Below, one piece after another: positions 1-8,648 of a DNA stretch of 53,114 nucleotides. The translations under genes were made by a program, and so were the position numbers. Below the pieces are notes generated by a model. That model saw nothing but the letters and a program-made list of their open reading frames with translations. It searched no databases and had not been told where the DNA came from. Within the stretch, counting starts at the first letter, position 1. Each line of letters opens with the position of its first letter. Source of the stretch: a virus. Its lineage: Duplodnaviria > Caudoviricetes. The DNA lies in the IMG/VR virus record IMGVR_UViG_3300034283_001180, positions 1 to 53,114 of that record, one strand, 5' to 3'.

Positions 1-238
1 ATGCATATGTTAATGCATATACGTGTGAGAGACCGTCTAACTGGCCCTCCCAGTACTTCCGCTCCATGGATTCCATAGCGTCCCCATAGTCGTTCTCCTC
101 CTCGATTCTTTTGGCCTCCAGGTATTCCTTTTCAGCCTCATACATGAGGTGCTTCAGTTCACCGTGCAAGATATCTGTGCCGCTCTCGCCCATGTCTACA
201 AGTTTCTGCAGATGTGGTTCCAGTTCTAATGTTTCCAT
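1..238 (-). CDS. hypothetical early protein, 3' end outside window
   Basis: Manually read ORF METLELEPHLQKLVDMGESG...; ATG overlaps the upstream TAA (TAATG); open to the window edge. Confidence 0.75.
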   Translation of the reverse strand, partial: METLELEPHLQKLVDMGESGTDILHGELKHLMYEAEKEYLEAKRIEEENDYGDAMESMERKYWEGQLDGLSHVYALTYA

Positions 239-399
239 TATCGGCACACTCGCTTTGTAACATATCGGTAGTAGGTGTAGGACTTAGTAGAACTATCTTT
301 AATCTGATATCTTTTATAAGTACAAACCCGTGCTTCAGAAACAGTTGTTGTGATTGGCATTAATCCTAGGACTAGGATTGCTACTATTACTTTTTTCAT
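238..399 (-). CDS. 53-aa putative secreted cationic peptide with two Cys
   Basis: Manual translation MKKVIVAILVLGLMPITTTVSEARVCTYKRYQIKDSSTKSYTYYRYVTKRVCR; GAGGAGG SD; TAATG coupling at both ends. Confidence 0.75.
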   Translation of the reverse strand: MKKVIVAILVLGLMPITTTVSEARVCTYKRYQIKDSSTKSYTYYRYVTKRVCR

Positions 400-638
400 T
401 ATTCCTCCTCGTTTGTTTCGGCAAGTATATCATTCGCCACTGACAAAAAGTGGCGGGCATTAAGAATCTGTCCAGCCATATGATTATATTCAAAATCTAA
501 TTCATTATAATCTTTACTAGCAGGGTCTAATGATTCCATTTGTTCAGAAATACCTTCAAGGTCTTGTTCCAAACTAATTATATGGAGCTTTATATATTCT
601 TTCAGTTGACCAGTTCTACGAATGTATTCTGATTCCAT
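399..638 (-). CDS. acidic hypothetical protein
   Basis: ORF track 399..692; the MESEY start at 638 is preferred because it is coupled to the upstream stop. Confidence 0.7.
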   Translation of the reverse strand: MESEYIRRTGQLKEYIKLHIISLEQDLEGISEQMESLDPASKDYNELDFEYNHMAGQILNARHFLSVANDILAETNEEE

Positions 639-787
639 TATTGAACATGCCCCTCTTCCATTAATCCAATTAAAAAGTCGGCGGCTAACCAAACTTCTTC
701 TTTATCTCTAGAATCAGGTAAAGATTCATGAATATTCAATAAACCAGTTACCATTTCTTCTACATCTTGTAATTTATAACCCAACAT
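638..787 (-). CDS. 49-aa hypothetical protein
   Basis: Manual translation MLGYKLQDVEEMVTGLL...EEGHVQ; fills the gap in a tightly packed operon. Confidence 0.65.
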   Translation of the reverse strand: MLGYKLQDVEEMVTGLLNIHESLPDSRDKEEVWLAADFLIGLMEEGHVQ

Positions 788-998
788 AATGTTCATCATC
801 CTCCTTTAAATTATAGAATTGATTAAATGCTTGTTTAATCTCTTTAGAATCACACATTACTGCAAATTGATAATCTGCATAAAATGAACCTTCATCTAAA
901 TTAGAATTCATCCATTCTTCAAATAGATGTTCAGATATTACTTGTATCTCATAATCAATAACCATTTGGTTAATGTTGGCTTCTTCTAGGAAACTCAT
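774..998 (-). CDS. acidic hypothetical protein
   Basis: ORF track; ATGA overlap with the upstream gene. Confidence 0.7.
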   Translation of the reverse strand: MSFLEEANINQMVIDYEIQVISEHLFEEWMNSNLDEGSFYADYQFAVMCDSKEIKQAFNQFYNLKEDDEHYVGL

Positions 999-1786
999 TT
1001 GATTTGCTCCATTCTATAATCAGGGACATGCTCGGAATCCAAGTATATCTTATGGGTCTGACATTCTTTGACACAATCAAGGTCTGCCTCGCCAAGGTAA
1101 TTACAAGATGAACATATCTCACCACAATCATTATCGCAATAATCTAATGTATCTATTTCATCACAATCTCTGCATTTGTTCTCATATTCTTCACAGATTG
1201 TTACATTGCCACGAAGAATCTCATATTCCCCACCCCAACCTGTTTCTTCCTCAAATTCGAGGGTAAGAAGAGAATTAGGAACAAGATTAGATAGTTTAGT
1301 TAGAATAGTTACAGCAGGTGACCAAGCAGTTTCATACTTATATACAACCCAGTTGTCTTCGCCTTCTGATTTATATTCAAGCAATTCTGTATTTGGATAC
1401 TTATCGTCATCTGATACGGCTACATCCCACTTAGTTCCCCAGTTAGTGTTATTCCAAGAATACCAATCTTTCTGAGTTTTGGCGTGAGCAATTTCTTGTG
1501 CAAACCAATTTGGGTCTTTTATGTCTGCACCTGAACGTGTTGGCTGGCAGGCATATTCCTCATCAGTAATGCCATCATCCTTATATGAGTGAATATTAAA
1601 GAAGGCAAAGACAGGATTACTATAAGTAACTTCTTTAATTTTGGTGGGGAAACCCATAGATGAGATATCACCCATACCATAAGTCTCTTGTGCTAATGTA
1701 AATGGACGATTCAATCTATCCTTGATATAATCAATTTCCTCTTTAGGTCCTTGAATTGTTAGAGTGTTATATACCCAATTTGGCAT
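995..1786 (-). CDS. DUF1281/YubB-like ferredoxin-fold protein with Cys-rich C-terminus
   Basis: MPNW start after a GAAAGGA SD; WGTKWD and ETAWSP motifs; CxxC pairs at the C-terminus. Confidence 0.75.
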   Translation of the reverse strand: MPNWVYNTLTIQGPKEEIDYIKDRLNRPFTLAQETYGMGDISSMGFPTKIKEVTYSNPVFAFFNIHSYKDDGITDEEYACQPTRSGADIKDPNWFAQEIAHAKTQKDWYSWNNTNWGTKWDVAVSDDDKYPNTELLEYKSEGEDNWVVYKYETAWSPAVTILTKLSNLVPNSLLTLEFEEETGWGGEYEILRGNVTICEEYENKCRDCDEIDTLDYCDNDCGEICSSCNYLGEADLDCVKECQTHKIYLDSEHVPDYRMEQIK

Positions 1787-1951
1787 TTCATTTCCTTTCG
1801 TTATTGTCATATTATACAACCCCCCACTGACATTTGACAATATCTCACACGAATATGAGGTTTAGATCACAAATCTCACAAAAGCTCACAATTTCGGGAA
1901 AAATATAATTGACAACGTAAACAGTTTTTGATACCCTCTGGTATTTGTGGG

Positions 1952-1978
1952 CAAGAAGAAGGGCCCCCGAAGGGGCCC
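1952..1978 (-). terminator. intrinsic terminator
   Basis: GGGCCCC-TTCG-GGGGCCC stem with cUUCGg loop followed by TTCTTCTTG. Confidence 0.7.
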
Positions 1979-2081
1979 TAGAATGTGAGGCTGCTAGCAC
2001 AAACGAAAGGAATTAAGTAAAAGCTGCCTTACTTAGCGACTTGGTGACTAACCCTAGTAGCCGCACCTCACAAGATGTGAA
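1952..2081 (-). ncRNA. candidate ~130-nt sRNA carrying an anti-SD segment
   Basis: TGGTATAAT at 2087-2095, closing stems, exposed UUCCUUUCGUUUG, and its own terminator. Confidence 0.5.
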
Positions 2082-2087
2082 CCTCTA

Positions 2088-2492
2088 TTATACCAAAATC
2101 TTGGCGTCCGTGTATTTCTCAACAAATGCACGTAGGTCCATGGTGAACATTGCTTCGTTCTTCATACCTCGAACCTTATTAGATTCGTTATGGAATGAAT
2201 CTTCTTCATGAAGACTGAATGTACATTCGAGCCAGTTTACTACAGGAATCTTATGCTCATTGTCTGAGATTTCATTTACCTGCAGGCCCCATCCAGTTTC
2301 CGAAGCCCATGCGTCGCCAATCATATTACTGATTGCGATACGTGTAGCATATGAAGGGTCCGACCAACGTGGCTGTGCCTTTGCTACTGCCTCTGCTAAA
2401 TTCTCTAGCATGTTGTAGCCTGCCCAGTGCCCATATAGTACGATTGTCTCTCCGCTTGGTTGTACAAAGACGAAGTTTGCACGGTCTCCCAT
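2088..2492 (-). CDS. hypothetical early protein
   Basis: ORF track; GAAAGGA SD; MGDRAN..LYGHWAG start typical of actinophage early proteins. Confidence 0.8.
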   Translation of the reverse strand: MGDRANFVFVQPSGETIVLYGHWAGYNMLENLAEAVAKAQPRWSDPSYATRIAISNMIGDAWASETGWGLQVNEISDNEHKIPVVNWLECTFSLHEEDSFHNESNKVRGMKNEAMFTMDLRAFVEKYTDAKILV

Positions 2493-2493
2493 G

Positions 2494-2700
2494 TTATATC
2501 CTTTCTGTTTCTAGTCTTTGAGGAACTTCCTCAATCTTATTCAATTCTATAATTTCATAGGCCCAGTTGTCAAGGACCTTGTACTTATTTCGGTGGTGGC
2601 CACAGAAATACAGCTCCCCGCTAGTTCCTCTAGCCAGAAATAAAGCTTGTGCTGAACATGAATCACATTTGATCCATCTAGTTAGATCCTCAGAGGTCAT
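2494..2700 (-). CDS. small zinc-finger protein
   Basis: CDSC...GELYFCGHH metal-ligand pattern resembling small actinobacterial Zn fingers. Confidence 0.7.
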   Translation of the reverse strand: MTSEDLTRWIKCDSCSAQALFLARGTSGELYFCGHHRNKYKVLDNWAYEIIELNKIEEVPQRLETERI

Positions 2701-2845
2701 GGTCTAATGTCCCAAATTCGATTTTGTCTGCAACCCAATCTAATACGGCGCCATCATCATGGGCTTCTGCCCACCTGCGAATGTTATTGATAATAACTTC
2801 ACGAGTAAACTTGACACCATCTTCAAAACCTTCTCTGTAATCCAT
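2690..2845 (-). CDS. 51-aa hypothetical protein
   Basis: Manual translation MDYREGFEDGVKFTREV...; AGGAGG SD. Confidence 0.7.
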   Translation of the reverse strand: MDYREGFEDGVKFTREVIINNIRRWAEAHDDGAVLDWVADKIEFGTLDHDL

Positions 2846-2846
2846 T

Positions 2847-3068
2847 TTACCTCCTAGTGTAGCCTGTTGGCTGATAATCTGATTCCACTAGTATATCTAA
2901 CTTATACTTAGAAATCAAGGCCGAAACCTTTTCAATGCTGCCAGTTCCTAATTCAAAAGCATTGTCTTCTAAATAGTATGGGTCCAGGCCTGAGAACTCA
3001 GCCTCCCAGTAGGCCGCCTTGCAGACGGCACCACTAGGTGCTTGTAGTTGATAATACATTAGTTCCAA
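2847..3068 (-). CDS. hypothetical protein
   Basis: ORF track; operon packing; start uncertain. Confidence 0.65.
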   Translation of the reverse strand: MELMYYQLQAPSGAVCKAAYWEAEFSGLDPYYLEDNAFELGTGSIEKVSALISKYKLDILVESDYQPTGYTRR

Positions 3069-3520
3069 TCCTGACTGTCGATATAATCAACATCCCATGA
3101 ATCAACCTTGGTGTCGAAATCATTTGAGTCAACTGCTAAATTGTCACCAATGTGATAACGAATATCAAAGTCCTCAACTTCATCAAGATTTACCAAAGTA
3201 GTTCCTGATACTGTAAGAGTTGCAGTCCAAGACATTTCCTGTTGAGGAGTGTGGTCTAGAATTGTGCACAGGTCACGAAGCACTTCATCTTTTTCTGTAT
3301 TTGGATTAAACCAACTCTCCATAGTTAGATTATCAATAATCTTTCTAATGGTACCTTGTGAGCGAGACAAGTGGTCTTCCAGGTTTTTGATACGTTCTAA
3401 CTTATATTCAAGGTCAGTCACCTTGACAATTGGGAATGTAACTTCACCGTTTGTGATGTCCTTGTATTGAACAAGAACATTAGCATTGTAGGTCGTTGGA
3501 ACCTCTATAGTATTTTCCAT
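3059..3520 (-). CDS. acidic hypothetical protein
   Basis: MENTIE start after AACGAAAGGA SD and the promoter copy at 3548. Confidence 0.8.
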   Translation of the reverse strand: MENTIEVPTTYNANVLVQYKDITNGEVTFPIVKVTDLEYKLERIKNLEDHLSRSQGTIRKIIDNLTMESWFNPNTEKDEVLRDLCTILDHTPQQEMSWTATLTVSGTTLVNLDEVEDFDIRYHIGDNLAVDSNDFDTKVDSWDVDYIDSQDWN

Positions 3521-3650
3521 TGTATTCCTTTCGTTGTTATGTGGAGTATTATAGCGGACCTGACTGACATTTACAACCAGGTTTCGGGAAAAAAGTTTTG
3601 TGATACGTAACACACGCTGCCTGCCTTCAGTTGTGCGGGCGTATTAGCTG

Positions 3651-3726
3651 CGACCCCAACGGGATTTGAACCCGTGATCTCCACCGTGACAGGGTGGCGA
3701 ATTAAACCAGACTATTCCATGGGGCC
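3651..3726 (-). tRNA. tRNA-Asp(GUC)
   Basis: Acceptor GGCCCCA/TGGGGTC, anticodon arm CCACC-CTGTCAC-GGTGG, T-loop TTCAAAT, G discriminator, no encoded CCA. Confidence 0.93.
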
Positions 3727-3731
3727 TAGGT

Positions 3732-3751
3732 GGGGCCCCTTGCGGGGCCCC
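3732..3751 (-). other. GC-rich hairpin directly 5' of tRNA-Asp
   Basis: GGGGCCCC-GCAA-GGGGCCCC with a GNRA loop on the minus strand. Confidence 0.6.
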
Positions 3752-3758
3752 GTCATTT

Positions 3759-4769
3759 TTAGAATGACTTTACAACTTGAAGAATCTTATTCTTCTCAGC
3801 AGTAATAACAGGGTCGAATCCTGAAGCAGAAGCCCACTTCGATTCTGAATTACTCTTACGAGTAGGGCGGAAATAATCAAGGCGTTCAGTAAGCGCATTG
3901 AAAGCACCCCATTTTGTACCCTTGATGTTAGCATTAGTTGGTGAGTTATGATAAAGGTCATTTAGCAAAACAACTTTATTATCCCACTTAGTCTTAGCCA
4001 ATTTAGAATCTGATTCAGCAGGCTTAGGATAAATTGTTTTTACAATATCCTGAAATTGCTTATCAGTAATCTCAGCATTGAATAGAGCCTGAGCCTCTTT
4101 TTCGAATGAATCGAAATAGCCTAGAGTTAGACCAAGAGTTTCACGAGCAATTTGAATCTTGCCTTCAGCGGTCTGTGTGTGGCGAATCTTGAAAGATTGC
4201 TTAGCAGACTTCATTGCTAGATTCAAAGTGTTTTGGCATACAACACGAACAGGAGTAATTGCTGCCTGAACAGCAACAGAGCCGTCGTGTGATGTCCATA
4301 CAATAAGATAAAGTTTTGTCTTATCGTTAGCACCTTGTGGGTCTAAAACCATTTCACGAGGAACAGTAAGAGAACCGAATACAACTTTACCAGCCTTTAG
4401 AGAGCCAGCAGATTCCCAAGCGCAGCGAGAATCGCCATCTAGAATGTTATCAGCGAATGAAAATAGTTCTTCATTCTGAACAACTTTATATCTAGAACCT
4501 ACAACAGAAAGAACATCAGTTCCTCCATTGAATGGGTTATTACGAATTACATATTGTGAACCAGAACTATCGTTCCATTCAGCAGGAATATGTTCAGCAA
4601 CAGGAGATAAGCGTACGTCCCAATTGGAAAGTTTTGCTTCATCGAGCATGAGTTGTGTTGAAACTTCTTCATCTTGTGAGAAGATTCGATTTGCGAGATT
4701 GTGCCATGCGGGAGTTCCACGCAAGGCGAAAGCGACTTCGTCGCCATTGATTTCAAGGTTATGAGCCAT
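3759..4769 (-). CDS. DUF932 family phage/plasmid protein (TIGR03299-like)
   Basis: AWHNL, ESAGSL..GK.VF, SHDGS, TPVRVVCQNTL, IRHT and GTKWGAFNALTE motifs. Confidence 0.9.
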   Translation of the reverse strand: MAHNLEINGDEVAFALRGTPAWHNLANRIFSQDEEVSTQLMLDEAKLSNWDVRLSPVAEHIPAEWNDSSGSQYVIRNNPFNGGTDVLSVVGSRYKVVQNEELFSFADNILDGDSRCAWESAGSLKAGKVVFGSLTVPREMVLDPQGANDKTKLYLIVWTSHDGSVAVQAAITPVRVVCQNTLNLAMKSAKQSFKIRHTQTAEGKIQIARETLGLTLGYFDSFEKEAQALFNAEITDKQFQDIVKTIYPKPAESDSKLAKTKWDNKVVLLNDLYHNSPTNANIKGTKWGAFNALTERLDYFRPTRKSNSESKWASASGFDPVITAEKNKILQVVKSF

Positions 4770-5021
4770 GAATTTTCCTTTCTATAGTTGATTAGTTCCT
4801 GAATTATACACTACCCCACCGACATTTGTCTATTTAGTTTTGGGAGTTATCCACAGGTACTCGTAAGGCTGTGGATAACCCCGCAGTTGTGGGGGCCGCA
4901 GCTGATCACTGCATAAATTCTTCCAGCACCTCCAAGGCTATGCAATATTTACAGTTACAGTCGACGTGGTCCATTACCGTTTCCCAAATATCATGGCGGA
5001 CCTCATGAGCAGCATATGACA

Positions 5022-5741
5022 TTATTTTTTACTCGCAGAAAATCGAATGTCTGCCTTGTTATAGACACACAGGCCGCATGATACGCATGCGCTACCATTA
5101 GCAGAAATAAGTGGAATAGACTTATTGTTTTCAGGGCACTTAGCACCAACTTTACCAGTCAATTCTTTCATTGTTGTTTCGGTGACAGCGAAAGTCTTTC
5201 CTAGATAAGCAAGGCGGGTACCATGAGAGACACGCAATTCCTTAGCAATATCCTTATTTTCATCATCCGTCGAATAGTATAGAGACAGATTAGAAATTCC
5301 TTTTAGGATAACAGCAGCAGAGGCTACACGTGTATAGACCCAAAATTGAACATCAGAGTGTTTCTCAATAACAGTCTTCCATGCATATGAATATGTCTCG
5401 CTAAAGAAATCTCCGTCCCAGTGAATACGGAATAGTTTATCTGCAGAACGCTTATCACAGTCAGCCTTGAATTCTACAATCATCTCATCTAGAAGAGATA
5501 CCATTGTTTCAATATCTGCATTGCGTAGGAGCTCCCAGTTATGCAAGAGTACAGCTCTAACGCCTTTATATATTTTTTCTAGTTTACCAGCATAGCAGAC
5601 AGACTCGCAAATACTAGTAGCACCAGGGCAAGAATACTCCCTACCAGCAGGTAGGCCAAAAGTATTCGCAATCGTGGGGGTTTTTCCGTTTGGGGATACC
5701 GCATTGGTAACTTTCCTATCTTTTGAGCGTTTTAGTTTCAT
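5022..5741 (-). CDS. Gp88-like Fe-S/radical-SAM-like phage protein
   Basis: CPGATSICESVCYA, FRIHWDGDFF, FWVYTR, CP...CVSCGLC; ATG at 5741 lies 7 nt after TAGAAT (leaderless). Confidence 0.8.
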   Translation of the reverse strand: MKLKRSKDRKVTNAVSPNGKTPTIANTFGLPAGREYSCPGATSICESVCYAGKLEKIYKGVRAVLLHNWELLRNADIETMVSLLDEMIVEFKADCDKRSADKLFRIHWDGDFFSETYSYAWKTVIEKHSDVQFWVYTRVASAAVILKGISNLSLYYSTDDENKDIAKELRVSHGTRLAYLGKTFAVTETTMKELTGKVGAKCPENNKSIPLISANGSACVSCGLCVYNKADIRFSASKK

Positions 5742-5754
5742 GGTAGACATTCTA

Positions 5755-5901
5755 TCACCACATACCGACAGCAAATTCGGCAACAGTATCTAAGCATTCG
5801 GCGCATGACCAATCATCGCCATAGACCTCATATTCCGCCTCATCACCAAAATAGGTGGCAGTGCCACAAATCTCATAATATAAACAAGCAACTTTTATCA
5901 T
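5755..5901 (-). CDS. 48-aa Cys-containing acidic protein
   Basis: Manual translation MIKVACLYYEICG...WSCAECLDTVAEFAVGMW; AACGAAAGGA SD and promoter copy. Confidence 0.7.
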   Translation of the reverse strand: MIKVACLYYEICGTATYFGDEAEYEVYGDDWSCAECLDTVAEFAVGMW

Positions 5902-6052
5902 TTAGTTATCCTTTCGTTATGCCGATAGTATAACAGATTAAACTGACAAAATTTCGGGGACACGCCGTAGTGTGTCTTAAATCACATTGGGCCCCCACTC
6001 TTTTGCGGGCCAAAAGGGAAATGGGGCGGGTAGACAGACCCGCCCCAAGCTT

Positions 6053-6310
6053 TTAGATCAAACCTAATTCAATTCTAGTCAATTGCTTAGGTTTATATTT
6101 ATTTACAGTTTGCTCAGGCAAAAACAAAGCAACAGTTTTTGATTTCTTTAGTTCATCATATACATACGCTTTCACATTACCAGAAAACCTAGAAAGATTA
6201 CTAAAAACAATTTCAGTCAAGTATTCTTTATCTATTCCTTGTTCGGAATAAATAGTTAGGTCATTTAGTTTATTCGCATCATAGATTTCAACACGAAAAC
6301 GATTTTTCAT
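6053..6310 (-). CDS. hypothetical protein
   Basis: ORF track; followed by a GC hairpin at 6023-6046. Confidence 0.75.
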   Translation of the reverse strand: MKNRFRVEIYDANKLNDLTIYSEQGIDKEYLTEIVFSNLSRFSGNVKAYVYDELKKSKTVALFLPEQTVNKYKPKQLTRIELGLI

Positions 6311-6436
6311 TTATTTACTTTCTGTTAGTAGGGATTTTGGTTGAGCAGTTTATCGCTTGACTTGCTCAGGTCAGGGATTTTTTCCTGTGCTGTATTCTAA
6401 CATAAGGGGCTAGATTTTGTCTAGCCCCCTAATTTA

Positions 6437-6856
6437 TTAGAGATAACGAGCAATAGCGTTATAGGTTGAGGTTGAAACTACTTCCTCATCTGTCATTTTG
6501 AGAATACGAATTGCGTTCTCAATTTCATCTACCATTTCCTTGTATTGCCACTCATGATAAGTGTCAAAATCCTTTTCAGGTTCTTTTGGTAGGTCAATAG
6601 CACCCTTAGGCAAATCAAAATCTACATTTACCATGCCATTGTATCTGACATTTGCTCGTAGGTTTTCTGCCTTTGAGATTTGAGCGAGAGCAAGTTTAGC
6701 GATTTCCTTAGACCACTTTTCAGTAGCCTTCGCAAACTTTTCCTCGTTTGATTTCTGATTAGCCTTATCCTTTTGGATTTGTGCTAACTTTGTTTCAAGA
6801 GCCTTGATTACCTTAGTGGTGGCAATCTTGACTTGAATTGCTTTTCCTCTAGCCAT
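6437..6856 (-). CDS. basic coiled-coil hypothetical protein
   Basis: ORF track; SD, promoter copy and downstream hairpin 6405-6430. Confidence 0.85.
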   Translation of the reverse strand: MARGKAIQVKIATTKVIKALETKLAQIQKDKANQKSNEEKFAKATEKWSKEIAKLALAQISKAENLRANVRYNGMVNVDFDLPKGAIDLPKEPEKDFDTYHEWQYKEMVDEIENAIRILKMTDEEVVSTSTYNAIARYL

Positions 6857-6930
6857 TTGTTTATTTCCTTTCGTTGTTTGTTGAGAGAGATTGTAGCAGG
6901 GGCTACTGACATTTCGCCCCTGCCGATTAT

Positions 6931-7083
6931 TTACTTAGCAGATACGCTAGTCCAGCGTTCTGTGCCATTTACATCTAGCAGAATACGAGCCACGCCTGAA
7001 GGGTGGTTATCTACTGCCTTGATTACTCCTGTCACGCCACTATTAGTGGTTGTGAAGGTCTGACCGATAGTTAGTGTTGCCAT
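6931..7083 (-). CDS. 50-aa small beta-rich protein
   Basis: Manual translation MATLTIGQTFTTTNSGVTGVIK...ERWTSVSAK; SD and promoter copy. Confidence 0.75.
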   Translation of the reverse strand: MATLTIGQTFTTTNSGVTGVIKAVDNHPSGVARILLDVNGTERWTSVSAK

Positions 7084-7138
7084 TGGTTTATTTCCTTTCG
7101 TTAGTTTGGAGGGCTATCTTACCATAGCCCACCGACAT

Positions 7139-7402
7139 TTATAGCCACGCCTCTAGGTGGTGTTGTTCTACGATAGCCCAAGCGGGTGCTGTATCTAATC
7201 CTTTGTATGATACGCCTTCGGGCATCTTTATCTCTCGATCTGTTTCATCTTCCCAATAAGCCTCTAGTGCCTCAATACATGGCATTACCATACTTTGAGG
7301 AACGGGCGGGTAGTGATTAGAAGATAGGTGAATTGAGATAGCAGTAGATAAATCTAATCCTAAATCATAGTCCGCTAATTCGGTAGCAAAATTACTGCCC
7401 AT
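7139..7402 (-). CDS. hypothetical protein
   Basis: ORF track; HL..NHYPPVP and HHL motifs. Confidence 0.8.
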   Translation of the reverse strand: MGSNFATELADYDLGLDLSTAISIHLSSNHYPPVPQSMVMPCIEALEAYWEDETDREIKMPEGVSYKGLDTAPAWAIVEQHHLEAWL

Positions 7403-7667
7403 TATCTAATACCTCATTTCGTAGAGTTTCCATTTCGTCAATAACTGACATTAGTTCTTGTAATTCTGAATTATCTAATAATACTTTAGTAGCCTTATCT
7501 ACGGCACTAGAAGCAATTATTCCTGAATAAAGATAAATAGCCTTAGCAAAATCATCTGACGACATTTCGCTATGATTATGAGTTAGCATGCGAGCAAAAT
7601 CCATAGAGTCATCATCAAAAATAGCGTCTTCAGTTGCCTGAATTAGAGCGGTTGCGGTTGATAACAT
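7392..7667 (-). CDS. acidic hypothetical protein
   Basis: ORF track; SD and promoter copy. Confidence 0.8.
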   Translation of the reverse strand: MLSTATALIQATEDAIFDDDSMDFARMLTHNHSEMSSDDFAKAIYLYSGIIASSAVDKATKVLLDNSELQELMSVIDEMETLRNEVLDNGQ

Positions 7668-7723
7668 TTGTTTCCTTTCGTTGTTGTTAGTGGGCTAGAT
7701 TATAGCCTAGCCCACCGACATTT

Positions 7724-7975
7724 TTAGGCTAGGCAGAGAAGCGCCTGCGAAGCGCCTGCGTTGATACTATCCAATTCCGCTTGCAATTCGGCGGTGGTCA
7801 TAAGAGTAGGGTCCCCTACTAATTCGGTAATAGCCTGAGTATTTATCATGTCCACCATTGCTGTTGGCATTTGTGATAAAGCAGGATAGAATGAGCCAGT
7901 AGTATCTATCTTAGATACAAAATTGACTCCATTTACGGAGAATGGGAATGAAGCCCAGTTATCTGTATTTAGCAT
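7724..7975 (-). CDS. hypothetical protein
   Basis: ORF track; SD and promoter copy. Confidence 0.8.
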   Translation of the reverse strand: MLNTDNWASFPFSVNGVNFVSKIDTTGSFYPALSQMPTAMVDMINTQAITELVGDPTLMTTAELQAELDSINAGASQALLCLA

Positions 7976-8144
7976 TATTTTCCTTTCGTTTGGTTATGTC
8001 GCTATTATAAACTAAACTACTGACAATTTCCATTTTAGCCTCGGCGTGTCGCAAATTATTTTTGTGATGAATGTCACAATTCTGGGAATGCGTGTCGACT
8101 TGACGTAAGGCAGCTTGCGCCCCCTCTCCTTTGCGGGCGCCGAT

Positions 8145-8282
8145 CTATTCTGTCAAATCAACACGCCGTTTATGTTTTATTTTTCTGCGATATTTTTTCT
8201 TATTGCGAACAGGTTGCGCCGCATTGCTGCGGCGCAATTCCTGAATTCGTTTTACTTTTTCACGAAGTGAATTTTGGCACAC
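8145..8282 (-). CDS. small very basic protein
   Basis: IQELRRSNAAQP..KKKYRRKIKHK; probable GTG start at 8282. Confidence 0.6.
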   Translation of the reverse strand: MCQNSLREKVKRIQELRRSNAAQPVRNKKKYRRKIKHKRRVDLTE

Positions 8283-8448
8283 GATAATTACTCGCTTCAT
8301 GAAATCTTGTAACATCAAAACGGGGATTATCTTTTGCGAACATCTCCGCAAAATCATTTACCATTTTTGAAAATACAGCAGGGTGAGTTTTATCGCTAAC
8401 ATATTTTAGAATATTAGCGGTTTCAATATAATCTTTTCGTGTCATCAT
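8260..8448 (-). CDS. small helical protein with FAKDNPRFD..RF motif
   Basis: ORF track; homologous to the C-terminal half of 35410..35880. Confidence 0.8.
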   Translation of the reverse strand: MMTRKDYIETANILKYVSDKTHPAVFSKMVNDFAEMFAKDNPRFDVTRFHEASNYRVPKFTS

Positions 8449-8648
8449 TTTTGTGATACCAATCCTGTTCTATCAAAGTTTTTTGTATACATTTTACCAT
8501 TAGGCAAAGTTAGATTATAAGTTGCGTTTTCCATAGCGAAACCTACATCTTTACATCTAGCGAAAGCCTCAAACGCTTCAAGGGCATCTGAAAAGCCATA
8601 AGTTTCTTTACTTATTCCGCCGTCATAAATTGTTGTTAGTTTATACAT
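8445..8648 (-). CDS. hypothetical protein
   Basis: ORF track; overlapping start/stop with both neighbours. Confidence 0.75.
   Translation of the reverse strand: MYKLTTIYDGGISKETYGFSDALEAFEAFARCKDVGFAMENATYNLTLPNGKMYTKNFDRTGLVSQK

Noticed and set aside
1984-2072. Hammerhead ribozyme (multi-stem structure with CGAAA)
   Set aside because: The CUGANGA core is absent.
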